NCBI GenBank assembly: GCA_043228905.1
Contig: JBHGNT010000008.1
Span: forward strand, 6,820,001 to 6,884,000
Direction: 5' to 3'
Length of the DNA: 64,000 bases
From: Azolla caroliniana
Lineage: Eukaryota; Plantae; Polypodiophyta
Shown in pieces: positions 23,589-34,400 of the stretch. The position numbers were made by a program, and so were the translations under genes. The notes beneath the pieces are model-generated. The model did not search any database. It saw only the letters and a program-made list of their open reading frames with translations, and was not told the origin of the DNA. The stretch's first letter is position 1. Each line of letters begins with the position of its first letter.

Positions 23589-25621
23589 ATTCTCACTTGG
23601 GACAAGAGTTCCCTCTTGTTCCTTTCGTGATTTTCCGGCACCGTTAGGAATTGGACGGATTTCCCACCGTTTTGGCTGCGAATTCGCGCAAAAGCCGCAC
23701 CGCTATCGAGCACCTTCGTCTCCATCCATGATGCCGTGATAAAGGGTTGGCCGAGGATGACGGAATGTGAAACCTCATCTTGCACGAAGAAATTTTGGTC
23801 GATCTCGACATCCCCGATCTTCACCGTCACATCCGGACAAGCCGCAAATAGATCTTCGGTTGCTTTGGTGGCCGCCCGAATCTTCCATCCATGGTTGGTA
23901 TTAATAGGCCACTTCCACTTCCGGTAGAACTCCTTGGACATCAAGTTGATCTCCGATCCGTGATTAATCAATGCTAGCACGGGTTCTTTGATGTTGCCGA
24001 TTCGGACCGGAGTCTCCGTAGTCGCGCGTGCCCAATGTGGCCTTGTATAGTGGGAGTTCGGAATTTCGTCCTCCGCTTCGGTGTCGTTCATTAAAACGGT
24101 GTTCGCATTCACCCTTGGAGCATTTTCCTCCGTACTTTGTCTTTTTCGCTTCACGAGATCCACGAGAAGATCGTGGAACTCCTTCTTTGCTATTCCGAGT
24201 AGCTCCCGAAGCGAGAAATCTACCCGGCTATCCAAGATTCTTTCCTCGAACACTCTTTTCAAGTCGGTTTGTTGTTCTATGTCCGAGGCGAGCTTGAATG
24301 CCGGAGTCGCCTTTTCTTTTCCCTTACCTCCGGAGTTCCAACTTTCCGGTATCTTCGATGGCCCGGCCGCATCCTCCGTGCGTCGTCGTTTCTCGTCCAC
24401 ATACACCTTATGCAATTGACACAGGGCGTATACGCTATTCTTGTCGACAGGGCACTCCCATCCCGTAGCTTCCCGGACGCCTTCCGCCGTGCTTCGGATC
24501 TCGTTGGAGTCGGTTTTCTCGGTGTTTTCTAGAACTTCCGGCCAAAAAGACGTCTTTGCTCTCGATGACTCCCCGACACATATTCCCGCGGTTGTCGCAT
24601 AGTTGCTTCTTGCCGCCGATTCCTCCTCAAGCACCTTCTTCATGCCGCCTTTCCGGAAGTTCGGTCGGAGTGGCTTCCGAGAGTCCATCGAATGAATCCG
24701 GTTTCCCTCGTAGTAGATGAGATCCCGCCGTAGCGCCTCCTTATGCTCGTCGCAATCCCTCCGATCGTGTTCGGCGCTATCGCACCATATGCACCGTCGG
24801 TCCGTATACTTGGAGCTTGTGGGGCGGTCATCCGACTTCTTCACCATCGCGATCTTCAGATTCTCCATCTCCTTCAATAGTTGCTCCACCGTAGATGCAT
24901 CAATCCCCTTCTCGGTTGTAGTCTCTCGAGCCCTCAGTTGATGGTCTTCCAATCCGGTTCTCGGTTTCGGAATCGGTTCCGAAACCCTCTTTTCCTCGTC
25001 CGCAAGCCATTGCCCCCTCTTCGTGTATCGCGCGATGATATCCCGCACGCTTTCCCATGTTTCGGTGAGGCCGCTCTCCGTGGTCGTGTCCTCCAAGAGC
25101 ACTCCGAGATCTTTCCGGTCCCGGACGTCCACGGCTCGCAAGAACATGATCACCTTGTCCGGTACGAGGATAGCTTGATCTCTCGCGGACAACCTCCCGA
25201 ACCGGCTTTCGAATGCCGAAAACACATCAACGACCTTCAATCCCTTGTCCGGCGTCTCCACCCAATCTTCGAATCCCCTTCGCGTCGCCTTGGAGGAATC
25301 CTCGATGGCGAACGTCCTCTTTAGCTCTACTTCAAACGCCTCCCATGTCGGATTTTGCTGTCGTAGCCCATGGATGCTTGCTTGAAGCCCGTCGGTCGCC
25401 ACCCGGTTGAAGGACGTCACTTGCAGTCCTTCCGATATTCCGCACCGTAGCATCTCCGCCTTGTAGTCCCGAAGATACCGCGACACGTCTTTCCCGTTGA
25501 ATTGTCCGTTTCGTTGCACGAGCCGCTCCACTAATGCCGCTATCTCCAACATCGCGCGTTGTTCTTGTAGCATGCGCTCGAACATCATCATCATGTTGCT
25601 AGCCTCCGGTTGATTTTCCAT
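23579..25621 (-). CDS. Gypsy Gag-protease, 680 aa
   Basis: Open ORF with CIWCDSAEHDRRDC zinc knuckle. Protease ALINHGSEIN (DHGSE in copy B) and ILGQPF. Confidence 0.88.
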   Translation of the reverse strand: MENQPEASNMMMMFERMLQEQRAMLEIAALVERLVQRNGQFNGKDVSRYLRDYKAEMLRCGISEGLQVTSFNRVATDGLQASIHGLRQQNPTWEAFEVELKRTFAIEDSSKATRRGFEDWVETPDKGLKVVDVFSAFESRFGRLSARDQAILVPDKVIMFLRAVDVRDRKDLGVLLEDTTTESGLTETWESVRDIIARYTKRGQWLADEEKRVSEPIPKPRTGLEDHQLRARETTTEKGIDASTVEQLLKEMENLKIAMVKKSDDRPTSSKYTDRRCIWCDSAEHDRRDCDEHKEALRRDLIYYEGNRIHSMDSRKPLRPNFRKGGMKKVLEEESAARSNYATTAGICVGESSRAKTSFWPEVLENTEKTDSNEIRSTAEGVREATGWECPVDKNSVYALCQLHKVYVDEKRRRTEDAAGPSKIPESWNSGGKGKEKATPAFKLASDIEQQTDLKRVFEERILDSRVDFSLRELLGIAKKEFHDLLVDLVKRKRQSTEENAPRVNANTVLMNDTEAEDEIPNSHYTRPHWARATTETPVRIGNIKEPVLALINHGSEINLMSKEFYRKWKWPINTNHGWKIRAATKATEDLFAACPDVTVKIGDVEIDQNFFVQDEVSHSVILGQPFITASWMETKVLDSGAAFARIRSQNGGKSVQFLTVPENHERNKRELLSQVRMDF

Positions 25622-26812
25622 CTCCTTGCCACCTGGTCTTCACGTCAGGTTCACCAACTGTGTCATGCCCTTCGGCTCCGGATCGTTGCGTGAGTCGGGT
25701 AGGAACCGCCGAGGTTTTTGACTAGGAGGAAGAGGAATACAACTTAAGGCTAGTTATGAATAGTGGAAAGAGAAGTAAGATAGCAATCTCGTGAATCCCA
25801 CGAGTTTAGTGTAATTAAAACAATATTTAGATTATTAGAGCAATTAGATGGCAAAATTCGTGAATCCCACGAATCTGTTAGATTGATCAACTCTTCTATA
25901 TTAATCAACAACCATATACATATTTTTCTCCTCCTTATATAAAGATGGAAGAGGCTAAGCATGGCTTCATGCTTTTTCACCTAAAGTGTCCATGCACACT
26001 AAATGTGCATGTGATGTTTTGTCATTTCCTAAATATAGGGCTCATGCACGCTAGATGTGCATGAGTCACTTTTAATGTCACGTGTAAATAAAATATTCAC
26101 ACTCTAAAGAATACATGATGTTTACCTTTTAATAAAGGTCGTATACGTATTAAATCTATATTTATAACAGTAAAGATAAGTTATTACAATGGTAAAGTTG
26201 GGGTTTATCTACGTGGAGGTGCATGGTTTGAATCCTGCCCTATGCACGTGATAAATTCTTTTGATATATTATTTATCTAGTTATATGTATCTAAAATCGG
26301 ATATATTATTTTATGGTTTTCACGTAGTGTGTGGAATACACTACGACAGCGCTCCTCAGCCAGTCCAGTCCCTAAACCCTAAACCCTTCTATTCCTGCGC
26401 ACCTCGACTTCCTTGGTTCGCTTGTCTGCTCAATAGGCCCAATTCAGCTCCCTCGTTGTTGTCACTTTGGCTTTTGCTGATTCACCGATCCCTTCGTGTT
26501 GGCATCGACTTTTACTGCCTTCTTGTCTTCTTGGCCTTTAATTGATCCGGTTCTTCCAAATCCTTTTGTAGAAACAAATCAGCTGTCTCCGATTCGTTCC
26601 AACTCTTGTCCGAATCGGTTGCTCCCGATTCGTCTTCTGGTTCCAGGCCCTTCACCACATCGGACCATGTCTGGGTCTTGGCCTTCTTCTTCCGGTCGGC
26701 TCTGTGCTTCTTGACTCTGCCTCCGCTGCCGCTTGTTCCAACTTGTTCGGATGTGTCAACTTCCTTTGTTGACTCAGCTCCTTTCTTCTTCCTATCTCCT
26801 TGATCCGGTCGG

Positions 26813-27232
26813 TAGGGGTTTGAAGGGAGCCTCTCCTCGAACCGGTGAGGGGTTCGAGGAGGAGGGGGTTCAAAGAGAACCTCTCTTTGAACTTGTTGGG
26901 AGGGGTTCGAGGAGTTAGTCTCCTCGAACTGGGGTAAGGGGGTTGAGTGGGTAGAGGTTCGAGGAGTAAGTCTCCTCGAACCGGGGGTAGGGGGTTTGAG
27001 GAGAACCTCTCCTCGAACCGGTGGGTAGGGGTTCGAAGGGAGCCTCTCCTCGAACTGGTGAGGGGTTCAAGGAGGAGGGGGTTCGTAGAGAACCTCTCTT
27101 CGAACCTATTGGGAGGGGTTTGAGGAGTTAATCTCCTTGAACAGGTGAGGGGTTCGAGGTGTTAGTCTCCTCGAACCGGGGTAAGGGAGTTCGAAGAGAA
27201 CCTCTCTTCGAACCAGTGGGTGGGTCGTTCGA
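26813..27232. repeat. Tandem array of ~35-40-bp hairpin units (GGTTCGAGGAG-N5-CTCCTCGAACC) with a ~210-bp higher-order duplication
   Basis: About 10 degenerate units, each an inverted repeat. The 26813 block recurs at about 27025. Confidence 0.85.
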
Positions 27233-27739
27233 GTGTTGTCCAAGGGTGTTTGTATATTTTTAAGGACCCAGACCTGTGACGTCTTTGTCAAAGGGACGAG
27301 GGGGGCCTGTGGCGTACTTTTATGGGGCGTTCGGCCCCCTAGTTGTTTAGTCTTGTCGATTTCTATGGCCTTAACCTGGGCAGATTGTTTGACCGATGTG
27401 CGCAATTGTTGTGTTTCAGCGATGTGCGCAATTGTTGGGTGTCTCGTGCAACCGTGGTATGGTTGTGGGTGGGGATCTGGCTTCGTTTTGGGACCAAGAA
27501 GCTAGTGGCACCTTTGTGCCAACCTTGGGCGGTTGTGAGTGCTTTTCTGACCGGCCAAATAGCACATTCTTCACGGCGTGGTCCTTCAACGAAAACTGCG
27601 TGGATGTTCACCCAGTTGCGTGGTGTGGGTGTCTTTGTTCTGATGTTAGTGTTGCTCTGGTCATGGATGGCCGATGGGTGTTGGCGTTTTGTTTGGTTGG
27701 GCGGTTTCGCACTTTGGGGTTCATCGAGGTCAGTACTAA

Positions 27740-29335
27740 TGTGATCTGAGTGTTGTTGCAACGAGGTTCTTGGACCTCACCCCATTTTCCGTTTGGAAGG
27801 AGACGATGTTCTTGCTTGGCAACAAGAGGCATTCGCTTATGTGACAACAATCTAAACCGAGGAGGCACTATGTGTACATCACTTCGGGTGGGAGTACCCG
27901 AACTTGGATTGAGTGGTCGTTGTATTCTATCTTGATGTTACACACGAAGGTTCCAAGGCAACATGATGTGGAACCATTGAAGCCACGAAAGTTGTCATTG
28001 CATACTTCGAGGTCTGGGCGACCTAGACGTCCCCATGTTTCGAAGGAGAAAAGGGTTAGTGATGCTCCTCTGTCAAGTACCGCCGTTAAAGGTATGCCGT
28101 TGGCGAAGCATGGTAGTTGCATTGTCCTGTCATTAGAGTTGACCGCCTTAGCCATGGCTGTCAAGTGGGTGTCCCCTTGTCGTTTCAATTTCACTTGTGC
28201 ATTGCAAAGGTTAGTTTCAAGTAAGGCCATTCGGCCTTCAGATGCCTTAAGTTTTGCTTCCACTTCTCGTTGCCAAGCCGTGAGTAGAGCTTCGAGGGTG
28301 AGGGGTCTGTAGTAATGTTTGAGCTTGCTCCCATTGATGAATCTGGGGATGTCGAGGCCCTCGAGCATGCGTATTCCACATGCTCCTGTCTTGGTAATCT
28401 CTGAGACCACATATGGGCCTTCACCACGTAATTTAATCTTCTTTTTGTGCCATTGCAAGGCGAATTTGAGAGCCATGTCTCCTTCAGCGAGATCTTTATC
28501 TCTTTCTTTGTTGTCGTGCCACGCCTTTCTATTGGCTTTCTCTGCCAAGAGTGCTTGGAATGCGAGAAGGCGAGTTTCGGTCAGCCGTTCTAGGTTATCT
28601 AGGCGTGACGGGAGGGGGTCCTCGTCCCATCGTTCTTGTACGGCTATCTTGAGGCTGGGGACAAGGAACTCAATGGGCAATACTGCTTCTTGTCCATATA
28701 CTAGTTTAAGTGGCGTGTGGCGAGTTGCGACTTTGTAGGAAGTGCAGAAAGCCGATAATGCCGCTTGCAGTTTGGTGCTCCAATCGGACTGTGAGGCGGC
28801 GATTATCTTTGTGAGTACTGCGCATAACACCTTATTCGTGCTTTCTGCTTGTCCGTTGCACCGAGGGTAATAAGGGGAACTCTTGCGGTGTGTCACCATA
28901 AATTCTCCTAGTAGATGTGCTATCACTTCGTTGAGGAAATGGGAGCCTTGATTGCTAATGATCTCAAGCGGACATCCAAACCGTGATATGACGTTTTTGT
29001 ATAGGAATTTGGCGGTGCTACGTGCGTCAGTATTAACGCAAGGTTTAGCTTCCACCCACTTGGTAGTGTAGTCAGTGGCAGTTATTATTTATCGATTGAG
29101 GTTGGAAGTTGGGCTGATTGGGCCGATAAAATTGATACCCCATTTCTCGAACGATTGCCATGCCACCACTGGGTTTAATGTGTTGAAATCCGCTTTGAAC
29201 AGATGTTTGAAACGTTGGCACTCATCACATCGGCGTACATACTCGTATGTGACTTTGAAGAATGTTGGCCACCGTAGGCCGGACTGGAGGATCTTGTGTG
29301 CGGTGACCTCGTGATTGAAATGACCGCTTCCGCGT
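27740..29335 (-). pseudogene. Non-chromovirus Gypsy-type integrase with an in-frame C-terminal retropepsin-like domain
   Basis: GHF..CDECQR, FEKWGINFIGP, TDYTTKWVEA, SNQGSHF, NGQAES, GPY. Then AVLDRGASLTL...FRGFNG...(stop)CLLGLD. Confidence 0.8.
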
Positions 29336-29339
29336 CCGC

Positions 29340-29486
29340 AATTAGCTTCTGCAATGACGGCGATATAGTTTTATGTTCTGCTCTCTCTATCTCCTCTGTG
29401 TTTGACGTTTTTCCATTAAACCTTCATCTCATTTTCTGTTGCTATCTAGCTGAGCTAGTTCTGTTTGATGCTTCCGCACATTAACA
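29340..29486 (+). mobile_element. LTR 3'-end fragment
   Basis: Ends GCTTCCGCACATTAACA, like the U5 end of LTR 266-668 read on the minus strand. Confidence 0.4.
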
Positions 29487-30959
29487 TTCACAGGCCTTGA
29501 TAGTCTACACACAGGGATAATGAGCCATCCTTCTTCTTGACAAATAATATTGGGGCCCCAACAAGTGATTTGGAGGGTTGAATGAAGCCCTTCATGAGGT
29601 TTTCATCCATATATATGTGGAGAGCCTCAAGTTAGGGTTCAAATAGCCCATAGATGGGACCAACTGGTGGATGTTGTCACGGATACACCAACGCTAGACT
29701 ACGACAAAGCACGGATGACAAGGCGATGAACGATAAGGTTATGAATGTGAAACTCGACGTGATGAGGCTAGAAACTCGGGAAGTTGGGAGCGATGAGATG
29801 AGAAACTTAAGACGCTAGGAACAATACAAGAGCATAAAGACAGAGGGGTAAAAGCATGCGAGTGGAAACACTATTATAGCTAATTAGCTACTAAAATGGC
29901 CACAGCTAATTAGCTATTTGTTTAGCTAGTTTTATGAATTTTATGTTTTATTAGTTAAATACATGTCATTTAATTTATGAGAATACTCAAATATTTGAAC
30001 TTTGGTTTCTTACATAGTGGAACTTGGGGAATAGTGCAGTCATCTAAGGTCGACTTGAATGTCATCAAATTCCTGATAATCCTGAGTTCGAGTTCGAACT
30101 CCAAACAGATGGAGTACTCTGAGCATGAACGCAGACGAAGCTTCCGCAACAGCACAAAAACTCTGAGATCGACACATGACCAAGTCGATCCTCGTCCAGG
30201 TATGTATCACTTACATATTAAAAAAACTTTTTTTTTCCCTTTCTCATAACTGTCTGTAACTTTGGTTCCTGTTCATCTTTCCCAAAAATCGAATAGGGCG
30301 AAGTCGTTGGAGTCCCAAACAAGGATGTCTCGAAGATCGGGGTGTAGCAGGAGGTATGTTTTTTATTGACAGAATTTTGTATTACGGTTGATTTCTGCCT
30401 TTAGTGATGATTAGGGTTGGTGTTTCCCTTAAGTGGTTTAGGGTTTCTGATTACACACTGTCGCAATGTGTTTTAATTTTGCACCAATTCTCATGACAAA
30501 TTCTGATTAGGGTTTCTGATTTTTTAAGTGGTTGATTTCTGATACATGTTGAAAAGGACAGATTACAAATTTCAGATTATTTTCTCAAAGTGTTGTAAAT
30601 TTGCACCAAATTCACATTAAAAATTCTGTTTTTGCACCAATTCTTATTACTAATTTTCTATTTCAGGTGGCTCGTTCCTCCCTATCCTAGAGTGGTGAAC
30701 TTCACAAAATTTTGCGAGACAAAGGAGGACTTTCACAACATATATAGTCTGTCCTCAAGGGTATTGATCTTGCTGTTCTAATAGATAGATTGATTAGTGA
30801 TGTAGACTGGATGTCAGTATATAAAGTGCGTAGAGTGATAGGCAAGCTCAAGCTCAAGCATGTACGACCGAACCTATACGACGACTGCATGAGACTGCAC
30901 CAAAAGGTACATCTAGAGATCCCAGTCAACAATAGGTAAAATTGCTGCTTGTGACCATA

Positions 30960-31485
30960 ATGTAGCTAATTAGTTCCATCTTTGCTAATTAGGTAAGCCG
31001 TATAAACTGTGGAAACTATTTAGCTATTATGGTTGTAGTGTAGTAGCTAATTAGCTAACATGTAGCTAATTAGCTACTACCATACTTTAGCTGAGTAGCT
31101 AATTAGCTAAGTGGTACCCAATTAGTTACTACCATAGTTTAGTATAGTAGCTAATTAGCTAAGTGGTAGGTAATTAGCTACTACCATACTTTAGTCGAGT
31201 AACTAATTAGCTAAGTGGTAGCTAATTAGGTAGTACCATACTTTAGTACAGTAGCTAATTAGCTAAGTGGTAGCTAATTAGCTACTACCATAGTTTAGTA
31301 TAGTAGCTAATTAGCTACTACCATACTTTAGTTATAGTGGCTAATTAGCTAGTACCATACTTTAGTTGAGTAGCTAATTAGCAGTTAATTAACTACTACC
31401 ATACTTTAGCTGAGTAGCTAATTAGATGAGTGGTAGCTAATTAGCAACTACCATAGTTTAGTACAGTAGCTAATTTGCTAAGTGG
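30960..31485. repeat. TAGCTAATTAGCTA palindrome satellite (continues 35808-36110)
   Basis: The 14-bp palindrome alternates with the linkers AGTGG and CTACCATAGTTTAGTACA. Confidence 0.95.
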
Positions 31486-34400
31486 TGTCATGACGACATA
31501 CTAGATATTTATGATATTTAATATAATCATGGAATATCCTAGAATGTTCAGGAATACTCTAAATATCTTGTAATAACTAATAATACATTTATTATAACTA
31601 TACATCATATATGTTAGTATAATGGTTAAAGGTCTAACATATAGACTAAGACGTCTTGGGCTCGAATTCTTGTAAGGCCAAAATGTATGTCGTCATGACA
31701 TTACTGTCGTGACTTGAGAATAGTAGAGAGAAAAATAAGATGACAATAGATGGTAGAGAGAGACAGAGAACACTAGAAATGGAAAGAGAGTTTGCATTAT
31801 ATTGTGATGAATGAATAGACACCTATTTATAGGTCCTTATGGAGTATTCTAGAATGTTCTAGAATAATTTAGATATTTATGATATTTAATATAATCATGG
31901 AATATCCTAGAATGTTCTAGAATGTTCTGGAATACTCTAAATATCTTGTAATAACTAATAATACATTTATTATAACTATACATCATATATGTTAGTATAA
32001 TGGTTAAAGGTCTAACATATAGACCAAGATGTCTTGGGCTCGAATCCTTATAAGGCCAAAATGTATGTCATCATGACATTATCCCCCCTTTTCGACGACG
32101 AGTTCCACGAGTCGGAAGACAAGATTTCGGACTTGGCTTATGAGGATATTTGTTGTGAAACGCATCAACCATTTCGGAGGCATTAGCAAGATTCTCAAGA
32201 GGTTCCCATGTTTGATCATTAGGTGTATAACCAAATAATACATTTTGTTGCGAACGATCTTGGAGTCGAGAATGGCAGCAACTTCATATTCGAACCCATC
32301 CGAAACTTCGATTGGAGGTGGGGGAGATCTAAGACAGCTTGGAATAGAGCTAGTTGTGTATGGTTCCAGAAGTGAAACATGGAAGACCGGGTGAAGATGC
32401 ATATGAGGGGGAAGATCAAGGCTAAATGCCACATCATTGATCTTACCAGATATCACATATGGGCCAAAACGTTGATAATCCAATTTTCAGCAAGGTTGGG
32501 TTGTTTTAATGCGACCTTGTAAAAGCCATACTCGATCTCCCACTTGAAACGTAGTCGATGAATCACGTCGATGACGGTCGACAACCTTCTTTTGAGTGTT
32601 TTGAGCATCACATAAATGGTGCAAAAGGATATCTTGCACTTCTTGGAGTCGGGTGAGCCGATCTTCAGTAGCCGGGTTTGTCAGGAGTTCAGGATGTTCA
32701 AGTATAGTCCAACAAGGATGGTACCCAATGTTTGCAAAAAATGGGGAATATCCAGTAGAAGAATGTTCTGAGTTGTAAGAAAATTTTGCCAAATGTAATA
32801 GATCAACCCAATCATCTTGTTGATAGTTGACAAAACAACGAAGATATTGTTCTACTATTTGGTTGGTGCACTCACTCTGTCCGTTAGTTTCTGGATGGTA
32901 GCTAGAAGAGAGTTTGCAAGAAGTATGTAAGAGTTTGAACATGTGCCGCCAAAATTTTGAGATGAACAGGGGACCCCGATCATTGATAATATCTTCAGGA
33001 AGACCTCTCACATGAGTAACTCGGCTGTCTCTTGGCTCATAATGGCCTTTGTGCAGGGAAGAAAATGTGCCATCTTGGTAAAACGATGTACTACCGTGAG
33101 AATAGAATCAAAACCCTTGGAAGGTGGTAGATCCATAATGAAGTCCAATGAAATAGATTTCCATGGACTCTCAGGAATAGGCATTGGCTGTAATAAGCTA
33201 TATGGATGATGTCGAGGTTTTTTGGATTGGCAACATGTATCACAACTACGAACATAATCCGTAACAAAATGGCGAAGTCGTGGCCACCAATACCTTCGAG
33301 AAATTAACACCAAAGTCTTGCGGATGCCAAAATGTCCAGCCATTGGTGTATCATGACATTGTTGCAAGACTTGGAGTCGAGAAGGACCATTAGGCACATA
33401 TAAGAGATTTTGTCGAAAAAGTAAACCATCATGCTAATTGAACTAGTTGTAGTCTTGACGAGGATTTTGAGATTGTGAACAAGAAGCACGATCTGGGATA
33501 ATATGGTTCAGAATATTGTGGGCGAATTCATCAATCTCAATATGCTCCCGAATGGAGTCCAGAAGACTTGAATCCTCGGGTGTGTCTATAGCATGAAAAG
33601 CCATTAGTCGTAGATGGTCAAGACCCAAGAGGATTTGCTTATGACTTTCAAATGTGCCCTATCCTGGTTGAAGTTCCATATATGAATGCCGAGATAAAGC
33701 ATCTGCTTTGCCTTGTTGCGTCCCAGGGCGATATAGAATTACGAAATCAAAACGAGTTAAAAATTGCGCCCAACGAGCTTGTCGACGACTCAAGACTCGA
33801 GCACTTTGGAAGTACATTAGATTTTCGTGATCATTATAGATAATGATTTGTTGAGACGAACCCTCTAAAAAATGACGCCATTGTTGAAAAGAATCCACAA
33901 TGGCATGAAGCTCTTTGTCGTGAATCTCATAGTTGATTTCTGCAGCTTTGAATTTCCGTGAATGAAAAGCCACAGGGTGTAGTTGGCCATCATTGCTAAT
34001 CTAGGATAATACACTTCCTAGTGCGAAGTCAGATAAGCGCTTCAATGGATCAACATGCATCAAAATTGGTGCGGATGTAAATGCTTGCTTTAATCCTTCC
34101 TTACGTAATTGATGTATAGAGATTGTCAAAATCTTTTGGAATGTCATATCCTTTGTTGGAGTTTTAAGAGGCTCAGACTGTATTGTGACCTCTTCAATGG
34201 TTCTTTTCCTCCAATCAATAGTTGGGTTATGTAGCTCAAACCATGGAAGACCAAGAACTAGGGAGTGCTCTAGACTACTAATGATGTTGAATGAGATGAC
34301 ACTAGCCAAATTGCCTAGGACTACATGAATTGGTCCAGACTCTTCAACTATATCACCTGATGCTATGGGACGTCCATCAATGACTCCGATTGACACTGAG

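Larger units (their letters stand above)
19317..26348 (-). mobile_element. Full-length Ty3/Gypsy, tRNA-Trp-primed family (copy A), 688-bp LTRs 19317-20004 and 25661-26348
   Basis: TGTC..GACA LTRs with only about 6 differences seen by eye. PBS TGGTGAACCTGACGTGA (25640-25656), PPT GGAGGGGGCGAG, 4-bp TSD ACGC/GCGC. Order gag-PR-RT-RH-INT. Confidence 0.95.

Noticed and set aside
26370-26386. Telomere repeat CCCTAAACCCTAAACCC (similar near 55900)
   Set aside because: Only about 2 units. These are telo-box-like motifs common in TE UTRs and LTRs, not an interstitial telomere.
26813-27232. CRISPR-like look of the palindromic repeats
   Set aside because: Repeats are degenerate, linkers are short and non-unique, there are no cas genes, and the context is eukaryotic TE.
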